Part shown: one piece after another, positions 51,126 through 64,000 of the stretch
Layout of the letters: each line of letters opens with the position of its first letter
Numbering within the stretch: the stretch's first letter is position 1
From: the human T2T-CHM13v2.0 reference genome, Homo sapiens
Assembly (NCBI GenBank): GCA_009914755.4
Contig: CP068257.2
Coordinates: 40,800,001-40,864,000 of the forward strand
Reading direction: 5' to 3'
DNA: 64,000 nucleotides
The notes under the pieces: model-generated
Databases searched by the model: none
Told to the model about the DNA's origin: nothing
The model's input: the letters and a program-made list of their open reading frames with translations, nothing else
Position numbers and translations under genes: made by a program

Positions 51126-54100
51126 GTGTCCATGGGGAAAGACACATGGAGAGATTTGGGCAGAGAAGAAAGAGAGGCTGGAAATTTGGAGCTGCCAATT
51201 CCCCTGAACCCCTGTTGTCTACAGAGGCAGCTCCCCTTTGCTCTCCCTTCTCTTTCTCCCCTCCTCTCTCCTCCTTTCCCTCCCATCCCCCATGGAACCC
51301 AACACTCCTCTATTAAAAAGCCTTGCAATGACTGCACCTGGGGAAGTTGCCTCCTGAGCTGATGCCACTTCCCCAGGACCCACATCACACCTCTCATTGC
51401 CTCCAGTCCCAGAAAACAGTTGAGACCATCAGAGGCAGGGTGAGGAGGGCCCAAGACCCCCCTGGGAGGAGATTGCCTCAACATGGAGCTGCAGGTCCAC
51501 TCTAGCAGGTAGCAGCTAGAGCCTGGGAGCAAGTGTGGGGTGGAGTCTGACAGTGCCTGCCCCACATGGAAGAGAGCGAGCCTGGATTAGGCTGGGTTTC
51601 AGGGTTTAATATGTTGGCTCAACCCCTGAGAAAGTGGTTAATAATCCTCCAGGTTGGCTAATTGGACAAAGTTAATGAGATTGAAAAGCTTGAAATCCTG
51701 GCACGCTCTAGAGAACAGAGCTCAAAGACTCAAGGAAATAGAAATGTAGAAAGGTGCCTACTATTTGCAACTGACTCAGACCTTCCCTAATATGCTTCTT
51801 CCCCAAGGGGCCCGGAGGAAGAGAGGAAATGCATTGGTGAGTCCTTCACCAGCTCTGTGGGCCGTCCTCTGTGGGCTGGAGGCAGCGCCACTCTAAGCAC
51901 CAGAGTAGGGGCGGCTCTTAACCATCAGAGACAAGGCAGGTCTCAATGCCCCAAGGAGCGAGGAATCGCAGGTAACAGTATTTTGACCCATAATTGTCTA
52001 TGGCAATGGGTCCTTGGTCACAGGCACCCCAGACATGAGACAGAGACCTACTAAGTGCTGCTTGACATATTTAGGTGGGGAAAGCCCAGGTCTGCTAGGA
52101 AGAATCCTGCCTCATGGCTAAATCCCAGGTACCAGACTTAAGGCGGTTTGCCACCTTTATCACAGGGTTCCAACATGAGGGCCCTTGAACTCTCCTATGG
52201 CGAGAGGCCATCTGTTTCCTGCTGGGATCCTGACTGAGAGGATGGTGCGTTCACAGACCTCACATTTCAGTGAGGGGGAGGGTCAGCACAAAGGTAATTA
52301 TGCAAATTAACACAGCAGGAAGTTCTCCTTATCAGGAGATAAACAGTACAAAGTCATGCACAGCATATCCTGTTAAACCAAAATACAAAGTAAATAGTGA
52401 GAAGTAGGGTTTGATTTAGAGTCTATCTTGATCAATTAAAAATTATGAACATTGGTCCATTTTACCTTGTATTTTGAAAAGGTAAATTAGGCAAAATTGC
52501 AACTATGCCCAAATTCTTAAAATAATAGTAAGTCAACATTAATGGTGGCAGTAGAGTTCTTATACATTTTCTGACTATGTTTTATGATAGCAGAACGCAA
52601 CATTTTTAACTTCATGTTTGACTTAATACATCATGTGTTCAGCAAAAGAGTCATTTTTACAAAAATATGTATGGCCTTTAATTTTCCCAAGAGCTCTTCA
52701 TCATCCTTTGAATTAAATTATTTGTTTTGTCAGGGCTGGTTTGTTTCTGTTTGTTTGTTTTTTCTTTTATCCCCCTAAGTAAGGAAACAAAGGACTAGTT
52801 GTTGACAGTCTCATACCCTATTGTTACTTAGTCTCATTTTTCCAGAACCTCCTTTGTCAGTAGCTTTGTGTATAATTTGAGTAGTCCCCCACATAATGTT
52901 AATCAATTCCATGAAACCTTACAGCGTTTCCAAGATTGAAAATTTCCCTTTGCCATCCATTGGTGTTATATTTGTATTGTGTTGTGGAAAATTTGACAAT
53001 CAGAAAAACTGATTGCCAAGGGCGTGGACACAATGGTTAGAGGCAGAGAGATGCTCAGGCTAAACAGGGCAGGTGTTCAGTGAGGGTGCAGCCTTTAAAT
53101 GGTGCGTTTGTGGCAAATATTTTCAAGGCAGTCTGACCACTTTTGCTTCTCTACCAACTTTCTAATACGGGGTCCGAATAACGAATGCTTGGAGGGCATC
53201 CCTGGCCTACCCCAGCCCCAGGCACAGTGCCTGGCACACCCTTAGCTTTCCAGAAATAGTTATTGACTGGATGAATTGCTAATTATGGTAAATGGCATTG
53301 GTAAAAAAAAAAAAAACTTCAGCCAAATTAAATTTAAAGGAGTTTAATTGAGCAATGAATGATTTGCGATGCGAATCAGGCAGCCTTCTGAGCCAGGGTA
53401 GGCTTAGAGACTCCAGCTACGTGATGGAAGCATATTTATGGACAGAAAAAGGAGAGTGAAGTACGGAAAACAGAAGTGAGGTAGGGATGCAGCTGCATTG
53501 TTTACAGCTCGGCATTTGCCTATTTGGATACAGTTCGAACAGTTGGCTGCATTTGATTGGCCAAAACTCAGTGATTGGCACAGGTGTAGGCCAATCTGCT
53601 TACACCTCCACTTGTTAGTGTTCACGACTTACAGAGAAACCTTTAGGCTGAACTTAAGTATGTACGGAGGCTAAACCTGGTTTAACAGCATAAAGAAAAA
53701 CAAAAGAGCCAGGAAAGAGGACACCAGAGAGGCCTTAAAGAGTCTAGAGGCAGGGAAGGCCTCTGTGCGGGGTGAAGTGGGAGGAAGTGGCTGAGGAAAA
53801 GAGGAGCATGGGGCAGGAAGTACGGGTCAGGTCGGGCGAGGGTACCACGTGTGAGTGTGAGGCAGGAGCGCAGCAAGGTGGAGATGGGGAAGGCGCGATG
53901 ACGTGGGCCCTGCAATGACGCTTGTCTCTGTAAACCACAGAGCAGCAGCGGTGGACAGGGACAGAGGCAGTAAACACAGGGCATGGTCCCCTCCCCACCC
54001 CAGGGCCAGCAGCCCTAAGGAAGAGTGACTTAGGAGAGTAGTGGCTGACCAGCTCCAGCAGGGCCTGGGGTCTATAATCCTGCTTGAGGGCTTCCAGAAT

Positions 54101-54145
54101 TCCAGTGCTGCATGCTACTTTAGGTTTAGAAATAAAAGTATTCAG

Positions 54146-54428
54146 CTGGGTTTGGTGGCTCATGGCTGTAATCCCAGCGCTTTGGGAGGCCAAGGCGGGA
54201 GGATCGCTTGAGCCCAGGAGTTTAAGACCACCCTGGGCAACATAGCAAGACCCTGTCTTTACAAAAAATAAAAAAAATGAGACTGGCTTGGTGGTATTCA
54301 CCTATAGTCCCACTACTCAGGAGACTAAGGTAGCAGGATCTCTTGAATTAAGAGGTTGAGGGTATAGTGGGCTGTGATTGCACCACTGCACTCCAGCCTG
54401 GGGAACAGAGTGAGACCCCATCTCTTAA

Positions 54429-54459
<31 letters not shown>

Positions 54460-54466
54460 GAAAAGC
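54146..54466 (+). mobile_element. Alu SINE (sense), an older AluJ-like diverged copy
   Basis: gctgggtttggtggctcatggctgtaatcccagcgctttgggaggccaagg... left arm, A-rich linker, then a right arm ending in A/GA-rich tail. Confidence 0.9.
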
Positions 54467-55692
54467 ATTCTCATAGTGTGATTCCCTTGTACCTGTAATA
54501 GGTCCATTGCCTGATGCACTCTGCAAATCAATATGCTAAGACCCTGGGCTGCAGCAGAGAAAGAGGCTTAATCATGGGGCTACCAGAAGAGGAAATGGCA
54601 GGAAACCTCAACTGTATCTCCCCAAGGAGTGTGGGGCTAGGGTTTTTAAGGGTTTTGGCGTAGGCTGCAGTGTGGAGATGGTTGATAGGTTGGAGAGTGG
54701 AATGAAGCCGTGGACAGGGAGATGGAAAAATGGTGTTCTCATGCTGACTCGGTTCCTGTTGTGGGGATCTTCAAACCGGTTGGCAACAGCTGTTCTGCTG
54801 GAATTCAGGATCTGCTTAAGCAATTCTTAAACAGAAGCCTTACGATTCTAACAGCAGGGAAGTTCCTGTCTAGAGGAACAGTGGGGTGCAGATGGTTGGT
54901 ATCTCATGCTATGGGACTTTCCCTTACAAGGAAGTGGGTCAAAGTGTAGCCTGATTAATGTTTAATTGTAACGATATTTCTGTCCAGAACTATTCTTAAC
55001 CCTGAACCATGGCTCCACCATGATTTCAGATAGCAGCAGCAGCAGCTCCCTTCACCCTCCGCCTTTCTTTCTTTCTGCACCCTTTTCTACCTTCTGTCCC
55101 TTCCCTGCCTCCCTCTATTAATGGTGCCCTGACCACAGTTCCTCCCCTTTCTCCACTATCTACTTGCCCACTCAAAACCACCACCATAACCACAAAATGC
55201 TGTGTGCAGTCCCAACAAGAGTGTCCTCTGAGGCTGCGATCTCAGGGCAGGAGAACAGAGAAGTCATCCAGGGTCAGGGCCAGCCCTCATACCAGCTGGG
55301 GGAAGAGCAGGTGGAGTTGAAGGGTTTCTCCAAGGTGGAGGTCCCAAAACCCCCGCTCAGGAAGGCATTGATGCAGGGCGGTGCTAGACATCCCCTAGAC
55401 AGGCTCCGGTGAAACTGCCTTTGCAGTATATTATGACAGTAAGAGAAGTCTGACATCATTGACTCTATCTTGCTTCTGACTACCACGCCATCCTTGGTCA
55501 TTCCTGGGCACAGGCCAAGCTAACTTTGGGGAGAATTTATAGTTTAACTTGAAAGCAAGGATGATAACAGTCCCTTCCTAAAACTAACCCCATCCATGCT
55601 CAGGAACTGAAAACCACCTTGTAAGACTAATGAAAGGCCACAAGAATAGGATTGTAGGAGGGACCTGAATTCTGCTAAAATGTAGGCATAGT

Positions 55693-55999
<307 letters not shown>

Positions 56000-58900
56000 T
56001 GTAGGCATAGTTTCTATAATCCCTTCTTTCCAGGGGCCATATGGGGATTTGTGATTTTTCCCAATTGCTTCTATAAATAACATCACTATTGTAAAACCTA
56101 AGTGTTTTTTTTTTTAATTATTATTATTTTTCCAGACTGACCCTTTGGGGATCTGGGACTCATGACTCAACCGGTCTTGTGGCCCCACCCAGATGCAGAC
56201 TCAGTACATGTGGACCATTTTCTGCACCCCTGTGATTTCATGCCTAACCAATAAGCAGCACCCATTCCCTAGCCTCCTGCCCACCAAACTGTCCATAAAA
56301 ACCCTAGTGTCCAAGGCTTTGGGGAGAATGATTTGAGTAGTAACTCCAGTTCTTCTGCGTGGGCCAGCCTCGTGTCAGTGACACCTCTTCTCTACTGCAA
56401 TGCCGTGGCCTCGGTAAATTGATTTTGTCTGTGCAGTGGACAGGAAGAGCCCATCGGACGATTACACTGGCCGGGGGCCTGCTCTGAGGATGCTGACGCC
56501 AAGGAGACTCAAGAGAGCTGGCAAAGGCCGGGAACAGCCCAAGGTGGTAGAGATACCTGAAATAGGAATCACGCACATCTTGAGATCAAGATGAATATCT
56601 TAATATTTCAGCTTATGATAAAGACATTTGGTGATCGAAACTTTTCTCTACCCAGAGTCAGTCACATGCTGCAGTCTCCATATCTGGTCAGCTCCTGCCA
56701 GAGCCAACCCTTCTGCAGACAGCAGCTGTCCACGCTGGAGAAATTACAAAAAATAACTGCCTGATGCCAGCGGAGAGTGAATAAGATGAAACCAATTCTG
56801 GAAGGGCGTTGACACTTGGAAGAAAGGAGGGCAGCAGGGAGCTTCTGTCATGAAGGCTGTGGTGGTGGCGGTCGTAGCCATGACAAATGACCAAAGGAAA
56901 ACAGAAAACCGCAGGCTTTCTGGTCTGCAGAGCCAGCAGACTAAGCTCATGGCAGCCGCAGCTGATAAAAAGCAAGTGAGCACCCAGGACAGAAAAGGCC
57001 ACAAGGAGGAGCCTCAAATCCTGTGGGTAAACTCTGCCCAAATTAGATCATCAGAGCTTCAGCCTTTGGTGACAGAAGCCCTCATCTGCACGTCTTCCCA
57101 GCAAAATGGAAAGCGAGCATTCCCCATACAAAAACCAAGTGCACTAGACTTCCAGCCACTGGGCTGAGCTCTTCCCCCAACTCCGACTCTCCACCGCTCC
57201 CAGCTGTCCTAATTGAAACTCAGAGTGGAATACCAAGGTCTTTTTAAAACAAACAAACAATATTCAAACTTCTCATCAAGGACGCAGTTGAGAAAACAGC
57301 AACAGTTTGTTGTTGAGCCACAAATTAAGCAAAACCTTGCTTCTGACAAAGGACAGAAAATGTAGAGGATTTCTACAATCCAAAGAACAAAACAGCCCAA
57401 TACAAACTTGAAACATATTTGAACAGGCATTTCCCAAAGGAAGATATACAAATATTCAATAAGTACATGAATGAATGCCCAGTGTCATTAATATTAGCTA
57501 AAAAGGACATGATGGGGGCAACTGGTACAATGTGAATATGCACTATGGATTACAAAAATTATATCAATGTGAAATTTCTTAATTTGATAATTATACTCTA
57601 TATAATATCTTGTTTTTACAAAATAGATACTGAAATAGGCCTATCATACTCAAAAGGTTGTGAAGAAATGGTGTATGTCTACCGTGTATTTATACCTTCT
57701 CTACATGCTATTCTCCCTCTGTCTCTCTCTCTCTCTCTCAGCAAGATGATAAAGCAAATGGGGCAAAACGCAAATAATTGCTGAGTCTAGTTAAGGAGTA
57801 TAGAGGAGTTTCATTCTCTATTCTTGCAAGTTTTCTTTAAGTTTAAAATTATACAAAAATAAATTACAAAACATCAAAAACACTAAAAAGTACTGAAGTT
57901 TTCAAGGACCAATGGGGTCTTGTCAACCGGACAAAACAGTGGCATGAAGAAGCTACCACTGGCCAAAGTTGTGTCTGTCTCTGCATCATAAAGAAAAGTG
58001 ATTGGAGTGGATTGAAATGCATTGACTCAGTGACATCCACAAGCCCATGGTGACTATGCAAAAAAGATCCAGAACAAAGGGACTTGTCACCTTTGAAGCA
58101 TCTGCTAAACTAACACCTCGCTTATAAAATTGGTCATACAAGGGAAAGAATGAAAGGTTTTATTCTGTTTTTCTAGGAGGAGCTGCATTTCATGGGAACC
58201 AAATAAATCCATGATTTACAGCCTAATAAATTCAGAAGGAACAGTGGAGTTGGAAAAACACCATCTCGCAAACCATACTTGTAGTGGGCTGAATCATGAC
58301 CGCAAAGATATCAGGCCCTAATCGTTATCTGGGGTTAACTAACAGTGGATCAACCAGATAGGCTATGCCTTAGGCTGTAATGAAGGAGGAAGTCTGTAAC
58401 ACCACAAATGTGAATTCCAGCTAAGAACATTACCGTGAATCCACCAAACCTTTAGCTCCAGCTTCTTTGGCAGTAAGAAGTGCCCAGAGCTTAAAGAACA
58501 AGAGAGCCCAGACAAGCCCAGAAGATGAGATATTCTGCCAGGCAGCCCGCCCAGTCCCTTCAAAGCCAGCAACATGAAAGGGACTGCACTGAATGAAAAG
58601 AATGGGGTGCAGGGATTTCCATGAAGCTGACAGCCTCCAGCTTCAGACTCTGCACAGGCACAGGCCCCTTGCAAGGTCCAGACAGGGTGTCCACCTGGCC
58701 CTGTGTTTCATCTATTTTGCATTAGTGAAGGATTTTAACCATAATCGTGCCTCTGCCACTTTCCCCTCTAATTTCAATCAGACATGTGTCCCCTCAGGTG
58801 GAAGGGCATTGAAGTGGCCACAGGCACTTTTAGAATCTGTTTCAGGGGCACTAATTGAATTGAATCAAGGGTGGATGTGGTGGTTTGGGTTCCAGAGAGT

Positions 58901-59196
58901 ATTTGTGTATGCCACTGGTTTGCAGTAATTTTCATATGTAGTACAGTTTCTGCCACCTGTCCTGGAGTAGTATCACTTCCAGAAATACTTCTAACACTCA
59001 TTTTGCTACTTACCTAGAATTGAGACACGTAAGTGCAGGGTCAAACTTCAAATCCCAGTATGAACCTGTCCTCCAGCTCCAGCACCATTGCGTGTGGGAG
59101 TGCAGAAGAAATTAGGTTCAAAGTGCACTGAGTCAGAAGCTGGGCTATGGAGATCATTTCAATCATCAGAAGTGGAAAACTGTAAGAGTGCGCTGA

Positions 59197-59914
<718 letters not shown>

Positions 59915-60284
59915 TAGCAGTTTCGTGCACGGTGTTATGTTTGTATGTGAAGATGAATGTTTTATGCCCCTCAATTATCAGTAATGAACAAACCACACTA
60001 AAGAAAGAGTGTAATTATCTTGCTAATATCCCTATAGAAAATATTACAAAATAGTTGTAAAAAGAGGCAATCAAAGAGTATGCTGGAAAAAAATGCAGGA
60101 AAAGACGTATTACAGAGTTGTATTAAGCAGTGAATTCATAACAATATTCTGATAGTTTTCTAGATTTTGTGCTGCTTATCCACTTTTCATTTGTAATTTT
60201 ATTATAATTTATTTTCCTATTCTAAATAAACATTTGTTTTAATCTAATTTTATATTTATAATGCTGTATGTGCTTTCTTTTTTA

Positions 60285-60735
<451 letters not shown>

Positions 60736-62004
60736 TTTGTCTTAAAGAGGCCCTGTTCCATGAAAGGGCCGTGTATGCAAAGTAGACCCCAAATGCCAAA
60801 GGAGCCAAGAAACCAAAGGAGAAGGCAGACAAATCCAGTTTGTGGATATTGGTTGATATATTGGGGAACTTACACATGGAAGCGTGGCCCTGGGCGGCCA
60901 CAGGACAGGTGGCTCTCTGCACTGTTACTCCCCAGACCTGGGGCTTATATACTGCAGGGAAAGGGCGTACACGCTCCAGCAAGACAAAGGCAACTCTCCA
61001 GGACAGCAAGAATGCCATGTGCACTGTGGCCTCTAATTTGTGCGGCAACGTCAAGGTTGACAGGTTCTTACACTAGAGACAGTAGATAAAGCGGACACCA
61101 GGAGGCATTCAAGGGACTGGGGCCGATCAGACGTGAACATGGTGGGTTAGCATCCAAGAAGGAGCCACTTTTGTCTCCAGGGGCCCCCTGTTTAGAGACA
61201 TAGCCCCCAGATTATGTCTCTAGAGGACATTTTGGGGTGAACTGATAGTGTCTGGGGTGAACTGTTTCGGGGTGAACTGAAGATGTCTGGGATGAACTGA
61301 AAATGTCCTTGACATTTGTTAAACTAACTCTAAAGGACATTTTGGGGTGAACTGAAGACACTTGCCCTCTGAGTAACCCAGGGGAGGGGAGGATACATGA
61401 AGCAGAGCCATGAGAGCCATGCACGATGGGGAGTCGGGCTCCCCTGGGAGGTCCTCGCTTATCTGCCCAGGAACAAGGGGGTGGCCTGGCATTGGGGAGA
61501 GAAAGGAGAGGCAGAGTCTGAGACAGTCCTCAAGAAATAAGAATGAGGTGCAGGTGGCAGCCTCCAGTACACTAAGAAACGGAAGCGTGTGCAAAACAGG
61601 CCAAAGCCTGGCCTGTGGGCAGCCCTTCTCCCCAGCCACCTGCAGGGCCCCCACAGTAGGCCTGGGCTCCACATGGAGAAGCGAAGGAGTGGGAGGGAAC
61701 CCTGCGGGGCAGCGGGCGGTCTCCTACCCAAGCCGGCCGTGTACCCATCACACTGCATTCGAGGAGCATTGCACACAGCAATCCTCATGTTCTAAGTGCT
61801 TCCTACCTCCCTTGTGGGAAATCTGAGAGAGGGGTTTGGGTACAGAACTACTCTCCCAGCTCAGCCAGAAGCCAAACTTCCATTCACCGTCTCCCGCAGA
61901 TTTACAGTTTTCTCTATCCAAGGAGAAGACACCACTGAAAAACCATGGCAAAACCACGTGGTAACCTTCAGTTTACAGAACTTGAAGCAGAGGCTATTTC
62001 AGAA

Positions 62005-62328
<324 letters not shown>

Positions 62329-62381
62329 TTAGTCCTGGAGGTCTGACTGTCTAGTTTCTTCTTCTTCAGAATTAATGTTTC
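62329..62381 (-). CDS. RSPH1: Terminal coding exon of a convergent minus-strand gene (RSPH1, radial spoke head 1 homolog): (G)NINSEEEETRQSDLQD*, with stop TAA at 62331..62329
   Basis: On the minus strand a pyrimidine tract tttctcttttcttttcAG acceptor (AG = + 62383-62382) is followed by ga|aac att aat tct gaa gaa gaa gaa act aga cag tca gac ctc cag gac taa. The acidic C-terminus matches my recollection of human RSPH1. The position is about 25 kb downstream of the UBASH3A 3' end, tail-to-tail, as expected for chr21q22.3. Confidence 0.55.
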
Positions 62382-62719
62382 CTGAAAAGAAAAGAGAAAC
62401 ATGAGTATATCTCATATTTACTTTGTTCTATTTTTAAAGCCTTTATTCACTAACAGATCTTTTGCCGAAAAAAATTATTGTAACTATTAAGCATTCATCA
62501 GTCAAAAATTGAATGTTAAATTTTATCTCATATGCACTTCAACAGTTTTTTCTTTTGGTACCCGACATAAAATAAGCAAAATACGTACTCAAAGTAAATG
62601 CTAAGACAAGACTATCCATGTAACATCAGTAATTCTCTTATGCCTGCACACCTGTCCAAAACAGCCAGCTTTGTGGCTAAAACATGTAATTGCTTGGCTA
62701 TTAATTTAAAAGAAAAGCA

Positions 62720-63018
62720 GGCCGGGCGCAGTGGCTCATGCCTGTAATCCCAGCACTTTGGGAGGCCAAGGCAGGCGGATCACTTGAGGTCAGGAGTTTG
62801 AGACCAGCCCGGCCAACATGGTGAAACCCCGTCTCAACTAAAAATACAAAAATTAGCTGGGCATGGTGGTACATGCCTGTCAACCCAGTTACTTGGGAGG
62901 CTGAGGCAAGAGAATCGCTTGAACCCCGTGGCAGAGGTTTCAGTGAGCCGAGGTCACGCCATTGCACTTCAGCCTGAGCAACAGAGCAAGATTCCATCTT
63001 AAAAAAAAAAAAAAAAAA
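62720..63018 (+). mobile_element. Alu SINE (sense) with a short TSD aaaagcag
   Basis: ggccgggcgcagtggctcatgcctgtaatcccagcactttgggaggccaagg... followed by A18. Confidence 0.9.
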
Positions 63019-64000
63019 GCAGAAATTTGCCACATTCTTATAAGACGCTATATTTAAATGTTTTGTGAAAGGTAGAGCTATTTTTTATTATTAATTAAAC
63101 TCTATAACTTTCACTGTTGGGTATATTAAAGAAGAAATTAGCAGGGTAAATCTCCAATGTAATGTGGGATTCATGATGAATACATGCTGAACTTGCATTA
63201 TTTTGATAAATGTTCTGCCGACTAAGCCTATTTTGTATTACTCCCTTTTCACTTAGGGCCCTCCTGACACTGTGGCCTGGGTGACCCTTTGCTGGGGGCT
63301 GTTCTGTGCCCTGCAGGGTATTCAGCACCGTCCCCGGCCTCCACCCAGGAAGATGCCAGCAGCACCTCCCTCACCAGCCTCCCAAGTCTCCAGACATTGC
63401 CAAATGTCCCCTGGAGCCCCAAAACCACTGAGTTAAGGGGGTGTTCCCTCTGTCCAAGGCTGGTGCATGAACCCACAGTCTCAGACGCCCGCTGGTACTG
63501 GGCATCGTCCACTCGGCCCCATCTCTCCCAGTCCGGTTTTCAGGATTCCTCCTGCTCCATCCCCTCCGTTATCTCCCCCACCAAGTTTCTGGGGCCTCCT
63601 GCCTTGCCTGGCTCCAGGGCACCCATCCTCATTGCCCCAGAGAAGCTCAGAGAGCAAGCCTGATACAGGCAATCCCCACAGCTCCCAGAGGTCCCGCCTA
63701 CTGGGCTCAGGATCAAGTTCAAAGGCCATCTGGTTCCAAGGGAAAGGGGCCACCTCCCCACCCCCACACTCTTCTGCTGTCAGACTCTGCTCTCTGCCTG
63801 GAATTTCCTTCCTGGTTTCACCCATTCCTTGCCACCTCCCTCCCAGCTAACCCAGAGTTTCCTGGTCCTGCCCCAGGTGAGTCATCACCTCTCCTGGGTA
63901 CATGGTAACACGTCCCTGTCACTGCAGGGAACTCACTGATTCCTTTATTCCAGCTTCCCATTAGGTGCTAGAGGGCGAGAGCCCAGCCCCTCACTCCCAC

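Overview
This is human (primate) genomic DNA, not prokaryotic. It carries 14 Alu elements, MaLR-type LTRs, CA-rich microsatellites and GT-AG introns. Reading the exons places the window in the chr21q22.3 interval containing UBASH3A and RSPH1. The + strand carries the 3' two-thirds of UBASH3A (STS-2/TULA) as 11 phase-consistent coding exons. These run from the linker after the UBA domain, through the 2H-like region and the SH3 domain, into the histidine-phosphatase (PGM-like) domain, and end at the stop codon (36723-36725) and an AATAAA at 37178-37183. In-window CDS is 1518 nt (505 codons + stop). About 25 kb of repeat-rich intergenic DNA follows. The short terminal coding exon and 3'UTR of a convergent minus-strand gene (C-terminus ...GNINSEEEETRQSDLQD*, which I recognise as RSPH1) then lie at about 62.0-62.4 kb. 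The prompted 'undescribed system' expectation does not fit: there is no CRISPR, rRNA, tRNA or operon-like coding system. The features worth a second look are structural. (1) A roughly 1.45-kb inverted repeat lies in the intergenic region (arms 42630-42975 and 43745-44070). (2) Three VNTR/minisatellite arrays sit inside UBASH3A introns: an 8-bp-unit array of about 760 bp, a 30-bp G-rich array, and a 2 x 200-bp tandem duplication. (3) There are three long CA-rich complex repeats, one of which has a 90-bp higher-order periodicity. (4) A 32-kb Alu-free stretch covers most of the UBASH3A gene body, while all 14 Alus sit in the flanks. (5) There are nested and double-hit Alu insertions with intact target-site duplications. 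(6) The RSPH1 poly(A) signal may derive from an Alu A-tail. All coordinates come from reading the sequence by eye, and repeat boundaries are approximate (+/- 10 bp).
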